DNA of 42,189 bases from a virus (Duplodnaviria; Caudoviricetes): the IMG/VR virus record IMGVR_UViG_3300037790_000136, positions 1 to 42,189 of that record; one strand, given 5' to 3'. How positions within the stretch are numbered: position 1 is the first letter of the stretch; every line of letters begins with the position of its first letter. Shown here piece by piece: positions 35,423 through 42,189 of the stretch. Under the pieces are notes generated by a model that saw only the letters and a program-made list of their open reading frames with translations, ran no database searches and had not been told where the DNA came from. The translations under genes and the position numbers were made by a program.

Positions 35423-35934
35423 CAGTCAGCCGCCTCGAAATTCGAGCCGCCCAAAGCAGCGTTGCGATCGCCTTGGCGCGCAGCGTTTCCGCTCGCCTTA
35501 TGAGCCGATCCGAGCGCCATTTCGCGAAGCGCTGCACGATGCTGGCTGTGAAATTCCGCATCTGTGGCCTCCATTCGCGAAAGTGTGTTTGAGATATGAG
35601 AGAGGAACTCGTTGTGGTCGGCGCGTGCCGCTCTCTCGGCTTCCCGACGCTTTCGCTCGATTTCGTTGATCACCTCCAGCTCGCGGATCTCGCGCCAGTC
35701 GATCTTTGCCGCTTCCTTGTGAAACAGGCCGCGCACGCGCCGATGTGTCCAGTGCGGATAAAACTCGGTGATCGCATCAAACACGCGATCGATCATGTCG
35801 CCCTTGCCCGACCAGCAATGCCCGGCGATCTTCTTGACCAGATCGTGAGCGACCTGTGACGAGTTGAATGATGGAACGGTTATGCCAGACATGCCGCGCT
35901 CCTTTGACGTCCGTGTTTGCGGGCAATTACCCAT
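35422..35934 (-). CDS. Hypothetical regulatory protein in CII position
   Basis: First gene after cro; WTHRRVRGLFH.EA..I...E pattern seen in this position in alphaproteobacterial prophages; GGAG RBS. Confidence 0.6.
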   Translation of the reverse strand: MGNCPQTRTSKERGMSGITVPSFNSSQVAHDLVKKIAGHCWSGKGDMIDRVFDAITEFYPHWTHRRVRGLFHKEAAKIDWREIRELEVINEIERKRREAERAARADHNEFLSHISNTLSRMEATDAEFHSQHRAALREMALGSAHKASGNAARQGDRNAALGGSNFEAAD

Positions 35935-36124
35935 GACCTTGTCTCCACTTCCTGAAATGTTGAGGGAGACGGAGACAAGGACGGTGAATTGAGCGATTGG
36001 CGCGGCGATGCTTGGCGGCTGGCGCGTTCAATCGAGGAAAATGCGCCGGACAGACCCCGAGGAAAAGCCTGTCCGGCTATCCGCGCACAAGCGGGTTGGG
36101 ACGGGAATGTGCGCGTGTTGGAAA

Positions 36125-36337
36125 TCATGCTGCGGCCTCGGAAATGGCTTTTGCCAATGCTTCGAGGGTGACGCCTTTGATGCCACGGACTTGAGCCCCG
36201 GCGACCATTGCGGGCCAGTATTTCGCATTGACCCGGTTCCGGGTCCGCATTTGCTTGGCCGTGTTCTCGCTCACGCCGATGTCGTCGGCGAAAGCTGCGA
36301 TTGAAGGCCAGAGGGAAATGATCTTTGCGTGTTCCAT
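36125..36337 (-). CDS. cro: Cro-like HTH protein
   Basis: 70 aa, IISLWPSIAAFADDIGV...MRTRN.V...YW; divergent from cI. Confidence 0.82.
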   Translation of the reverse strand: MEHAKIISLWPSIAAFADDIGVSENTAKQMRTRNRVNAKYWPAMVAGAQVRGIKGVTLEALAKAISEAAA

Positions 36338-36348
36338 GGCGCCAACAA

Positions 36349-36385
36349 AATACATTTCGTACCGCATGTCAACACAGATTGTACC
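36349..36385. promoter_or_regulatory. Right-operator-like region: two operator boxes around a - strand TTGACA
   Basis: - strand GGTACGAAATGTATT (36349-36363) and GGTACAATCTGTGTT (36371-36385); TTGACA at 36367-36372. Confidence 0.7.
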
Positions 36386-36409
36386 GCGCAAATGAATTAT
36401 TTTCCGGCC

Positions 36410-37054
36410 ATGGAAATTCACGACCGGCTAAAATTGGCGAGAGAGAACGCAGGCTTCAAGCAGCCTTCTGACGCTGCGCGCCGCTTTGGATGGTCGGAAC
36501 ACACCTACAAAAGCCATGAGAATGGCATTCGCGGAATCCGTCTCCCGGTCGCGCAAAAGTATGCAGAAGCCTTTGGTGTTTCAGTCGCCTGGTTGACCAC
36601 AGGAGCGAACGGGCCGGAGCGCGCGAAACAGACAGATGTCCTCAATGTCCCGGTCTATGGTGCGGCGGCCGGTGGCGTCTGGCTGGAGAATGCCGACGAC
36701 CCGGAAACGGATGAATTTGTGCCAATAAGCCCTGATCCGCGCTATCCGTCGCATGCGCAATACGCCCGACTGGTCAAGGGGACCAGTGTCAGCAACAGGA
36801 TCAAGAGCGGAGAATACGCGATCGTCGTCAGCTTCGACGCTTACCCGGGCGCAATTCCGAATGACACACTCGTCGATGTCGAGCGGATCCGCTCAGGCCT
36901 GCGTGAACATACGATCAAAGTGTTTCGACTAGGCAAACTCTACACTGATGACGCGGGATTGAACCAGCAATCCGAAATGCCTGTCGACCACAGCGACGGT
37001 GACACAGAGACGCGAATCGCGGGCATCGTGATCGGTGCGTTTCGTCCGCTCTGA
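36410..37054 (+). CDS. cI: CI-like repressor (XRE HTH + S24 peptidase domain)
   Basis: RLKLARE.AG...AARRFG....Y..HENG.R HTH; VPVYG.AAGG cleavage region; V.GTS catalytic Ser; TIK catalytic Lys. Confidence 0.9.
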   Translation: MEIHDRLKLARENAGFKQPSDAARRFGWSEHTYKSHENGIRGIRLPVAQKYAEAFGVSVAWLTTGANGPERAKQTDVLNVPVYGAAAGGVWLENADDPETDEFVPISPDPRYPSHAQYARLVKGTSVSNRIKSGEYAIVVSFDAYPGAIPNDTLVDVERIRSGLREHTIKVFRLGKLYTDDAGLNQQSEMPVDHSDGDTETRIAGIVIGAFRPL

Positions 37055-37073
37055 TATTTTTTTGGTCTTTTAC

Positions 37074-37114
37074 GGTACGTTTTGTATTGACGGTACATTT
37101 TGTATATGTATGCT
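37074..37114 (+). promoter_or_regulatory. Left-operator-like region with sigma70-type promoter
   Basis: GGTACGTTTTGTATT (37074-37088) and GGTACATTTTGTATA (37092-37106) overlapping TTGACG (37087) - 16 nt - TATGCT (37109). Confidence 0.72.
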
Positions 37115-37151
37115 TTGCTCCATAGCCAATCACGGCGAATGGAGCACGACT

Positions 37152-37727
37152 ATGGAACTCAATCAGGAACGCATTGAAGCGGCGATTGTCGCGGAAGTGG
37201 CAGACCGCATCATTGGTGAAGACGAGCTTTTCAGCCGTGTTCGCAGCGCTGTCGAAACGCGGATCGACAAGCTTTTCAAGGACAGTGCCGACGCGCAGAT
37301 CCGGGCCGCAATCGACAAGGCCATCACTGATGGCTTTGAGCGTGAATACACCCGCGTCAATTCATGGGGTGAGCGCGAAGGTGCGCCGACGACGATCCGC
37401 AAAGAGCTCGAAAAAGTCATCGGCGACTACTGGAATCAAAATGTCGACAGCAACGGCAAGCCGTCCAGCTACGCGAAGCTGACCCGCGCCGAATGGGTCA
37501 TGGCCAGGATGGTCGCCGACGACTTCGAAGGTCAGATGAAACAGCACGTCGTCAATGTCGGCGGCGCGCTCAAGGATCAGCTTCGCCTGTCGCTTCACGG
37601 GACGATCAACGAGCTCGTCTCTGGCGTCTTCAAGGTCAACAGTGCCGGGGACCGCGAAATCAAAAAGCAGGGCAGCAACCGTACCGGCAGCGCGATCATT
37701 GATCCGCCCGCCGCGCCCGGCGCCTAA
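37152..37727 (+). CDS. Hypothetical early protein
   Basis: GGAG RBS before MELNQ; helical 191 aa; first gene after the promoter. Confidence 0.75.
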   Translation: MELNQERIEAAIVAEVADRIIGEDELFSRVRSAVETRIDKLFKDSADAQIRAAIDKAITDGFEREYTRVNSWGEREGAPTTIRKELEKVIGDYWNQNVDSNGKPSSYAKLTRAEWVMARMVADDFEGQMKQHVVNVGGALKDQLRLSLHGTINELVSGVFKVNSAGDREIKKQGSNRTGSAIIDPPAAPGA

Positions 37728-37753
37728 CCCCTCACCTCACCGGAGATACGACC

Positions 37754-38497
37754 ATGCCAGCCACCGCAATCATCGACCCGCCAAAGACGCACAACCAATC
37801 GCCGTTCGACCTGATCAAGACACGGATCGAAGACCTGTACGACGAGGCCAAGCTGTGGCTCGACGGGGATCCGGTCACGACGCAGGAACAGGCCGACGCG
37901 CTCAATACGCTCGAAAATCGCATCCGCGAAGCGGCAAAGGAAGCCGAGGCGCTGCGCAAGGAGGAAGTGAAGCCGCTCGACGAGGCCAAGGCTGAAATTC
38001 AGGACCGCTACAACCCGCTGGTCGGCAAGACGACAAAGATCACCGGCAAGGCCCCGGCAGCCATTGAGGCCGTCAAGGCGGCGCTCCGGCCATATCTGCT
38101 CGAACTGGACCGGCAAAAACGTGAAGCGGCCGAAGCGGCTCGTCGGGAAGCCGAGGAAAAGCAACGCGCCGCCATGGAGGCGATGCGCGCCCGCGACAAG
38201 GCCAATCTTGAACAGGCCGAGGAAGCCGAGCGACTGGTGCAGGAAGCCAAGAGGGCGGAAGCCGAGGCCAAGCGTGCCGAGAATGCCAAGGCGCATGCAA
38301 AGGGCGATGGCCGCGCAACAGGCCTGCGATCTGTCTGGCGCCCGACCATGACCGATCAGGTCGCTGCCGCCCGCTGGGCATGGGAGCACCACAACGCCGA
38401 ACTGATCGCGGCTATTCAGGGATTTGCCGATGCCGACGTTCGCGCGGGTAAGCGGTCGATCCCCGGCTTCGATGTCGTCGAGCATCGTGAGGTGTAG
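37754..38497 (+). CDS. Coiled-coil phage early protein
   Basis: GGAGA RBS; long Ala/Glu/Lys coiled coil; C-terminal GLRSVW...IPGF.V. Confidence 0.8.
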   Translation: MPATAIIDPPKTHNQSPFDLIKTRIEDLYDEAKLWLDGDPVTTQEQADALNTLENRIREAAKEAEALRKEEVKPLDEAKAEIQDRYNPLVGKTTKITGKAPAAIEAVKAALRPYLLELDRQKREAAEAARREAEEKQRAAMEAMRARDKANLEQAEEAERLVQEAKRAEAEAKRAENAKAHAKGDGRATGLRSVWRPTMTDQVAAARWAWEHHNAELIAAIQGFADADVRAGKRSIPGFDVVEHREV

Positions 38498-38501
38498 GGC
38501 G

Positions 38502-38669
38502 ATGGGTGACGCAGCAGATGACGTCTGTCGTGACATGGAGCATGCAGTTGAAATGCGTGCCGCTCTGCGCAAGGCCTGCAATCAGAAGACGGCAGGCGCC
38601 TGCCGTTGGTTTGTCAACGACGACAGCCTCTATGAATGCCGTTCATGCGGAAAGGTCACCGACCTATGA
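38502..38669 (+). CDS. Small Cys-rich hypothetical protein
   Basis: MGDAADD...CRSCG; GAGGT RBS; ATGA coupling downstream. Confidence 0.55.
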   Translation: MGDAADDVCRDMEHAVEMRAALRKACNQKTAGACRWFVNDDSLYECRSCGKVTDL

Positions 38670-38830
38670 CCCGCATCATCCACCCGCCGTTTGAAGGCGA
38701 GAACCTGGCACGGGCAAATCGCCCCTGCCCGACCTATCCGAACAACCTTGTGCAGCTCGTCGCCGCCACCGTCCTAATTGGGTTGGCGTGGTTTGTGGCC
38801 TGCGCTGCAGATTGGAGTATGCCGGCATGA
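38666..38830 (+). CDS. Small membrane protein
   Basis: LVQLVAATVLIGLAWFVACAA TM segment; ATGA-coupled on both sides. Confidence 0.55.
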   Translation: MTRIIHPPFEGENLARANRPCPTYPNNLVQLVAATVLIGLAWFVACAADWSMPA

Positions 38831-39216
38831 CCTTCCTCGCCCCAAACCAGACCATCCTCGTCCTGACCGCGCTCCCACCGCTTGGATCACGTTCCGGCAT
38901 GGCGCGCTTTTTCGACCAGACCGAACACTTCGGATCGGAATTTGAAACAGCGGAGGAATGGTTGTGCGCATGGAATTGCGATCTGGACAACGTCGAGGCG
39001 GTCTATCGGCTTGACCTGTCGATGTCAGCCGCTCCGGTCAATGTGTCGGAAGCAGTGGCCGTGGCATGGCTCGATTTGAACCCCTACGCCCGACCTGCCG
39101 ATTTCCCGCCCATTGTCGAGAATTCTACCGCGGCGCGACCATCCCGGCTTGTGCTTGATCGTGACGGCGCGGCCGATCTGGCGAACGACATGCAGCGCGA
39201 CCGAGAGGTTGCGTGA
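38827..39216 (+). CDS. Hypothetical protein
   Basis: GGAG RBS; ATGA overlap; ends EVA like other genes in this phage. Confidence 0.65.
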   Translation: MTFLAPNQTILVLTALPPLGSRSGMARFFDQTEHFGSEFETAEEWLCAWNCDLDNVEAVYRLDLSMSAAPVNVSEAVAVAWLDLNPYARPADFPPIVENSTAARPSRLVLDRDGAADLANDMQRDREVA

Positions 39217-39220
39217 ATCA

Positions 39221-39490
39221 ATGGGTTTCCGTTTCCCCATCGATCCGCGAATGGTCCCTGCCCCGAAGGTTGCAAGACGCCTCGGGCTGACCGTTGCCGC
39301 GTTCGAGGAACGGCTTCCTGCGTTGATCGCCGCGGGGTTCCCGCGCGCCGACGACATCCTGGGGACATACTGTTTACAAGCTGTGGATAACTGGATTGAT
39401 GAACGCGCCGGATTGCAGCCCCGCGATCCTCAGATCAACCCTGTCGCTGACATGAAATCAGCGATCAGGGCCGGGGCATGGGGAAAGTGA
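39221..39490 (+). CDS. Excisionase-like wHTH protein
   Basis: VARRLG......LPAL...GFP..D...G.YCL.AVD.WID pattern; overlaps integrase start. Confidence 0.72.
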   Translation: MGFRFPIDPRMVPAPKVARRLGLTVAAFEERLPALIAAGFPRADDILGTYCLQAVDNWIDERAGLQPRDPQINPVADMKSAIRAGAWGK

Positions 39491-40623
39491 AGATCAGGCA
39501 CTACATCATCAGGCGAAACAATCGCGCCTTTTGGTCGCCTACGCCGAAGATGAAGAGGGCTGGTTTTTCGTCGCAGCCGCTCGGTCCGGACGGCCCGGAA
39601 GCATGGGCCAAGGCCGAACAACTCAATGCCGAATGGGACAAGGTTCGCGGATCAATAAAGCCCGTCACGCCTGAAAAAGTCGCACTCGCTGCCCGCGTCT
39701 ATTCTGCCGGATCGATCGGCGAGGCCATGCAGCGGTACCGGATGACGCACGAATGGGCCGCAAAGGCTCCCAGAACACGCGAGGATTGGGAGCGGGGGTG
39801 GAAGTACATCGAGCCCGTGTTCGCCCGCCACAAGCCCGCGTCCGTCACCTTGGAGGTGATTTCTGAATGGAGGTTGGCTGTCGAGGAAAGCAAGAGCCTG
39901 CGCGAGGCTCATCGCGCCATGAAGATCTGGCGAGCGCTGTGGAGAGTTTCCGCGGCCATGGGGTATTGCATCGCTGGCGCCGATCCATCATCGGCCGTGC
40001 GAAACAAGGAAGCCAAGGGCCGGAGCGCGATCTACTCGCAGCGGGAAGTCGCCACGCTGATCAAGGTCGCGATTCGGGCCGGCTTCCATGGATACGCCTG
40101 TATCGCTGCCATAATGTGGGATGGGGCCCTCTCCCCTGTCGATGGGCGCACAATAACAGCCGCACAGATGCGCAAGGACAGGCATGGGACGTGGTTCGAG
40201 TACCAGCGGGGCAAGACAGGCCGGAAGGGCGTCATCGCCCTCTCCAGGCCCGCGGAGAAGCTGATAAGCTGGTATCTGCTCAAGAACTACCACGGGCTCG
40301 ACATCGCGCCTGGCACAGCGCTCTTCAGAACCCGGCGCGGCGCGGCCTACACCAAGAACAGCCTAGCAGAAGATCACCGGGATATTCGAACGCTCGCATT
40401 CGGCCCCATGGAATCGCGCGTCTTGCTTGATGTACGGCGCTCCGCATCCACCGAGGCCATTGCCGGCGGCGTTGAGGAAACGCATCTCAGCGCCATGATG
40501 GCCAACTCGATTGGCCAGTCCAAGGCGCTCGAGCAGACATACGCGCCCATACAGGTGCAGACAGTCAGGGAAGCCGCAAAGGCGCGAAAGCTCGGCCGCG
40601 CTGCCTTGAGAGAGAACAAATAA
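39478..40623 (+). CDS. int: Tyrosine recombinase / integrase (atypical catalytic motifs)
   Basis: 381 aa after xis; arm-binding-like N-terminus; KTG, DVRRS and C-terminal TY; end of the phage gene run. Confidence 0.82.
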   Translation: MGKVKIRHYIIRRNNRAFWSPTPKMKRAGFSSQPLGPDGPEAWAKAEQLNAEWDKVRGSIKPVTPEKVALAARVYSAGSIGEAMQRYRMTHEWAAKAPRTREDWERGWKYIEPVFARHKPASVTLEVISEWRLAVEESKSLREAHRAMKIWRALWRVSAAMGYCIAGADPSSAVRNKEAKGRSAIYSQREVATLIKVAIRAGFHGYACIAAIMWDGALSPVDGRTITAAQMRKDRHGTWFEYQRGKTGRKGVIALSRPAEKLISWYLLKNYHGLDIAPGTALFRTRRGAAYTKNSLAEDHRDIRTLAFGPMESRVLLDVRRSASTEAIAGGVEETHLSAMMANSIGQSKALEQTYAPIQVQTVREAAKARKLGRAALRENK

Positions 40624-40655
40624 GGCGCGTGTTTGTGGGCCTAACCAAGTGATCG

Positions 40656-40678
40656 GGACGCTCTATCGCCGAGCGTCC
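40656..40678. terminator. Hairpin between convergent integrase and dGTPase genes
   Basis: GGACGCTC / GAGCGTCC perfect 8-bp stem; no clear U tract. Confidence 0.4.
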
Positions 40679-40687
40679 GTGCATCGC

Positions 40688-41989
40688 TTATCTCACGATA
40701 GGATCAAGAACCGATCCTGTTGTAACGCCCATCAAGCGTCGATGAAGCGAGATCGCCTCAGCCTCCGAGAGGCTAGCAATGCAATCAGCCACGAATCTTG
40801 CTCTGCTGATTTTGGGATCGAATAGGTAGCGAAGCCTTGTGGGCAGGATTTTCGGGACACCGCCGCCGCCGCCGGTCTGGGCGTCTTCGCCTCGATATAA
40901 GCATTCGTATAGCTCTTCAATTATCTTCTGCTGGCCGTGCTGCTGAGCTGCCAATGTCGGGCTTCCAATGATGTAGTCTCGAGTAATCTGCTTCAAAATC
41001 AGGACTTCATCACGGCGCTTTTCGTCGAACTTCACGGCGACTTCTGACTCAGGGTCTGGGTTGATTTTTACCGCTTTTATATACGTGCCGATCAGGTGAG
41101 AGGTCATCCTTCGAAGCTGTTCGCGCTGCTCTCGCTCACCTGTGTAGGCTTCGGAGAGCAATGTCGAGTAGGTGCCATTGAACATATCACTGAGGCGCTC
41201 GTAAGCAGCCTCGAGTTGCCTGCGCCTTGTCTCATTGCGTTTGTTGTCACCCAACGCATGATCGATAATCAGATCACGTTCGTTGAAGACTCGTTGCCAT
41301 GGCAAGGCGTTGCACCGGTGGAAGTCTTCAAGGTCGTGCACGGAATAGGCCACATCATCGGCCCAATCCATCAACTCTGCCTCTAGCGTCTTATGATCAT
41401 GATTGTGGAATTCCCGCGCGAAATCGAAATCATCCTTCTCAGAAAGATAGACGGACCACTTCCTTTGCTTGACGCCTTCGTGATTACGATACCAAGGGTA
41501 TTTCAGGCACGCTGCTAAGGTCGCCCTGGTCAAATTGATGCCGGGAAAATCTGGAAAACGAACCGCCAGCTTTGTCACGATCCGGAATGACTGGGCGTTA
41601 CCTTCAAAGCCATCTGAGTCGTGTTCGGTGACAAGTCTATCCAATACCGATTCGCCGATGTGACCAAAGGGAGGATGACCCAAATCGTGAGCAAGGCACG
41701 CTGCCTCTACGACCTCTGGGTGCAGCCCTCTCGCTTCGGCGAATTCAGGCTGCTCGGCAATCAGCTTTTGCGCTATCCGACGGCCAACCTGCGCCACCTT
41801 GATTGTGTGTTGGTACCGAGTATGAAACACACTCGCTTCGCCAGCTCGTACAATCTGGGTTATGCCGGCGAGCCTATGAAACGCTGAGGAATATAGAAGT
41901 CGGTCCCGATCACGCTCAAACTCAGAACGTTGATCTTTGGTACCGCGGGGGTCTCGGCGGGACTCCCGATCCGCTTGGGTCCAAGCCAC
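40688..41989 (-). CDS. dgt: Deoxyguanosinetriphosphate triphosphohydrolase (HD-domain dGTPase)
   Basis: FERDRDR, HDLGHPPFGH.GE, FEGNAQ, KYP, ADDVAYSVHDLED, C-terminal D.IAS; probable GTG start 41989. Confidence 0.93.
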   Translation of the reverse strand: MAWTQADRESRRDPRGTKDQRSEFERDRDRLLYSSAFHRLAGITQIVRAGEASVFHTRYQHTIKVAQVGRRIAQKLIAEQPEFAEARGLHPEVVEAACLAHDLGHPPFGHIGESVLDRLVTEHDSDGFEGNAQSFRIVTKLAVRFPDFPGINLTRATLAACLKYPWYRNHEGVKQRKWSVYLSEKDDFDFAREFHNHDHKTLEAELMDWADDVAYSVHDLEDFHRCNALPWQRVFNERDLIIDHALGDNKRNETRRRQLEAAYERLSDMFNGTYSTLLSEAYTGEREQREQLRRMTSHLIGTYIKAVKINPDPESEVAVKFDEKRRDEVLILKQITRDYIIGSPTLAAQQHGQQKIIEELYECLYRGEDAQTGGGGGVPKILPTRLRYLFDPKISRARFVADCIASLSEAEAISLHRRLMGVTTGSVLDPIVR

Positions 41990-41994
41990 CTCGA

Positions 41995-42189
41995 TCAGGC
42001 AGCCACCACTTCTTTGGTAATGGTTAGGGCCCAATCATGCTCCCATTGAAGACGCCCACGCTCAGCCGCCCTCTGTATAGCCAGCTGGCAATCTCGGCGC
42101 GGGTGATCCTGCGCCAAACGATCACACAGAACAGCAGCTGTGGCACGACCTCCAAGCTCGTCCAGCGCGCTCACCACTTCATCATCTGA
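41995..42189 (-). CDS. Small hypothetical protein upstream of dGTPase (5' end possibly beyond window)
   Basis: Frame open to the window edge (SDDEVVSALDELGG...); stop 5 nt before the dGTPase start. Confidence 0.55.
   Translation of the reverse strand, partial: SDDEVVSALDELGGRATAAVLCDRLAQDHPRRDCQLAIQRAAERGRLQWEHDWALTITKEVVAA

Larger units (their letters stand above)
1..40623. mobile_element. Temperate siphovirus-type prophage (left end beyond window; right boundary not identified)
   Basis: Ordered integrase/xis, cI/cro, recombination-replication, terminase, portal, capsid, neck and tail modules; no sheath gene; att sites not seen. Confidence 0.96.

Noticed and set aside
37724-38581. 285-aa - strand ORF opposite the coiled-coil early gene
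   Set aside because: Antisense shadow with low-complexity Leu/Arg/Gly composition
40624-40687. Attachment site next to the integrase
   Set aside because: No tRNA fragment seen and no partner direct repeat available in the window, so it cannot be supported

Overview
Nearly the whole window is a temperate, non-contractile-tail (siphovirus-type) prophage, most likely of an alphaproteobacterial (Rhizobiales-like) host, inferred from its GcrA homologue and high GC. From right to left it contains an atypical tyrosine integrase with an excisionase and early genes on the + strand, then a cI/cro switch with four operator-like boxes. A long - strand early operon follows: RusA, Sak4-like ATPase, DUF669 SSB, a small nucleotidyltransferase, a Cas4-like nuclease that looks catalytically degenerate, a beta-clamp, two helicases, two DNA methyltransferases, DnaA-C, GcrA and NrdR-like regulators, two HNH nucleases and a Prim-Pol primase. 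After that come an AT-rich iteron region (candidate origin), a NusG-paralog antiterminator with a structured late leader, and the packaging, head, neck and tail genes. The tail-tip gene runs off the left edge, and no lysis genes or att sites are visible. A divergent dGTPase and a small upstream gene lie beyond the integrase. The most notable observations are: (i) a small Tat-signal gene inside the tail operon whose mature part resembles the C-terminal segment of this phage's own tail-tip protein; (ii) a MuF minor-head gene split exactly at an in-phase C CCU UUU slippery heptamer, in addition to the canonical tail-chaperone G GGA AAC frameshift; (iii) an apparently inactive Cas4-like nuclease next to an NTase; and (iv) a cluster of host cell-cycle and replication mimics. 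All protein calls come from motif recognition by eye; no database searches were run.
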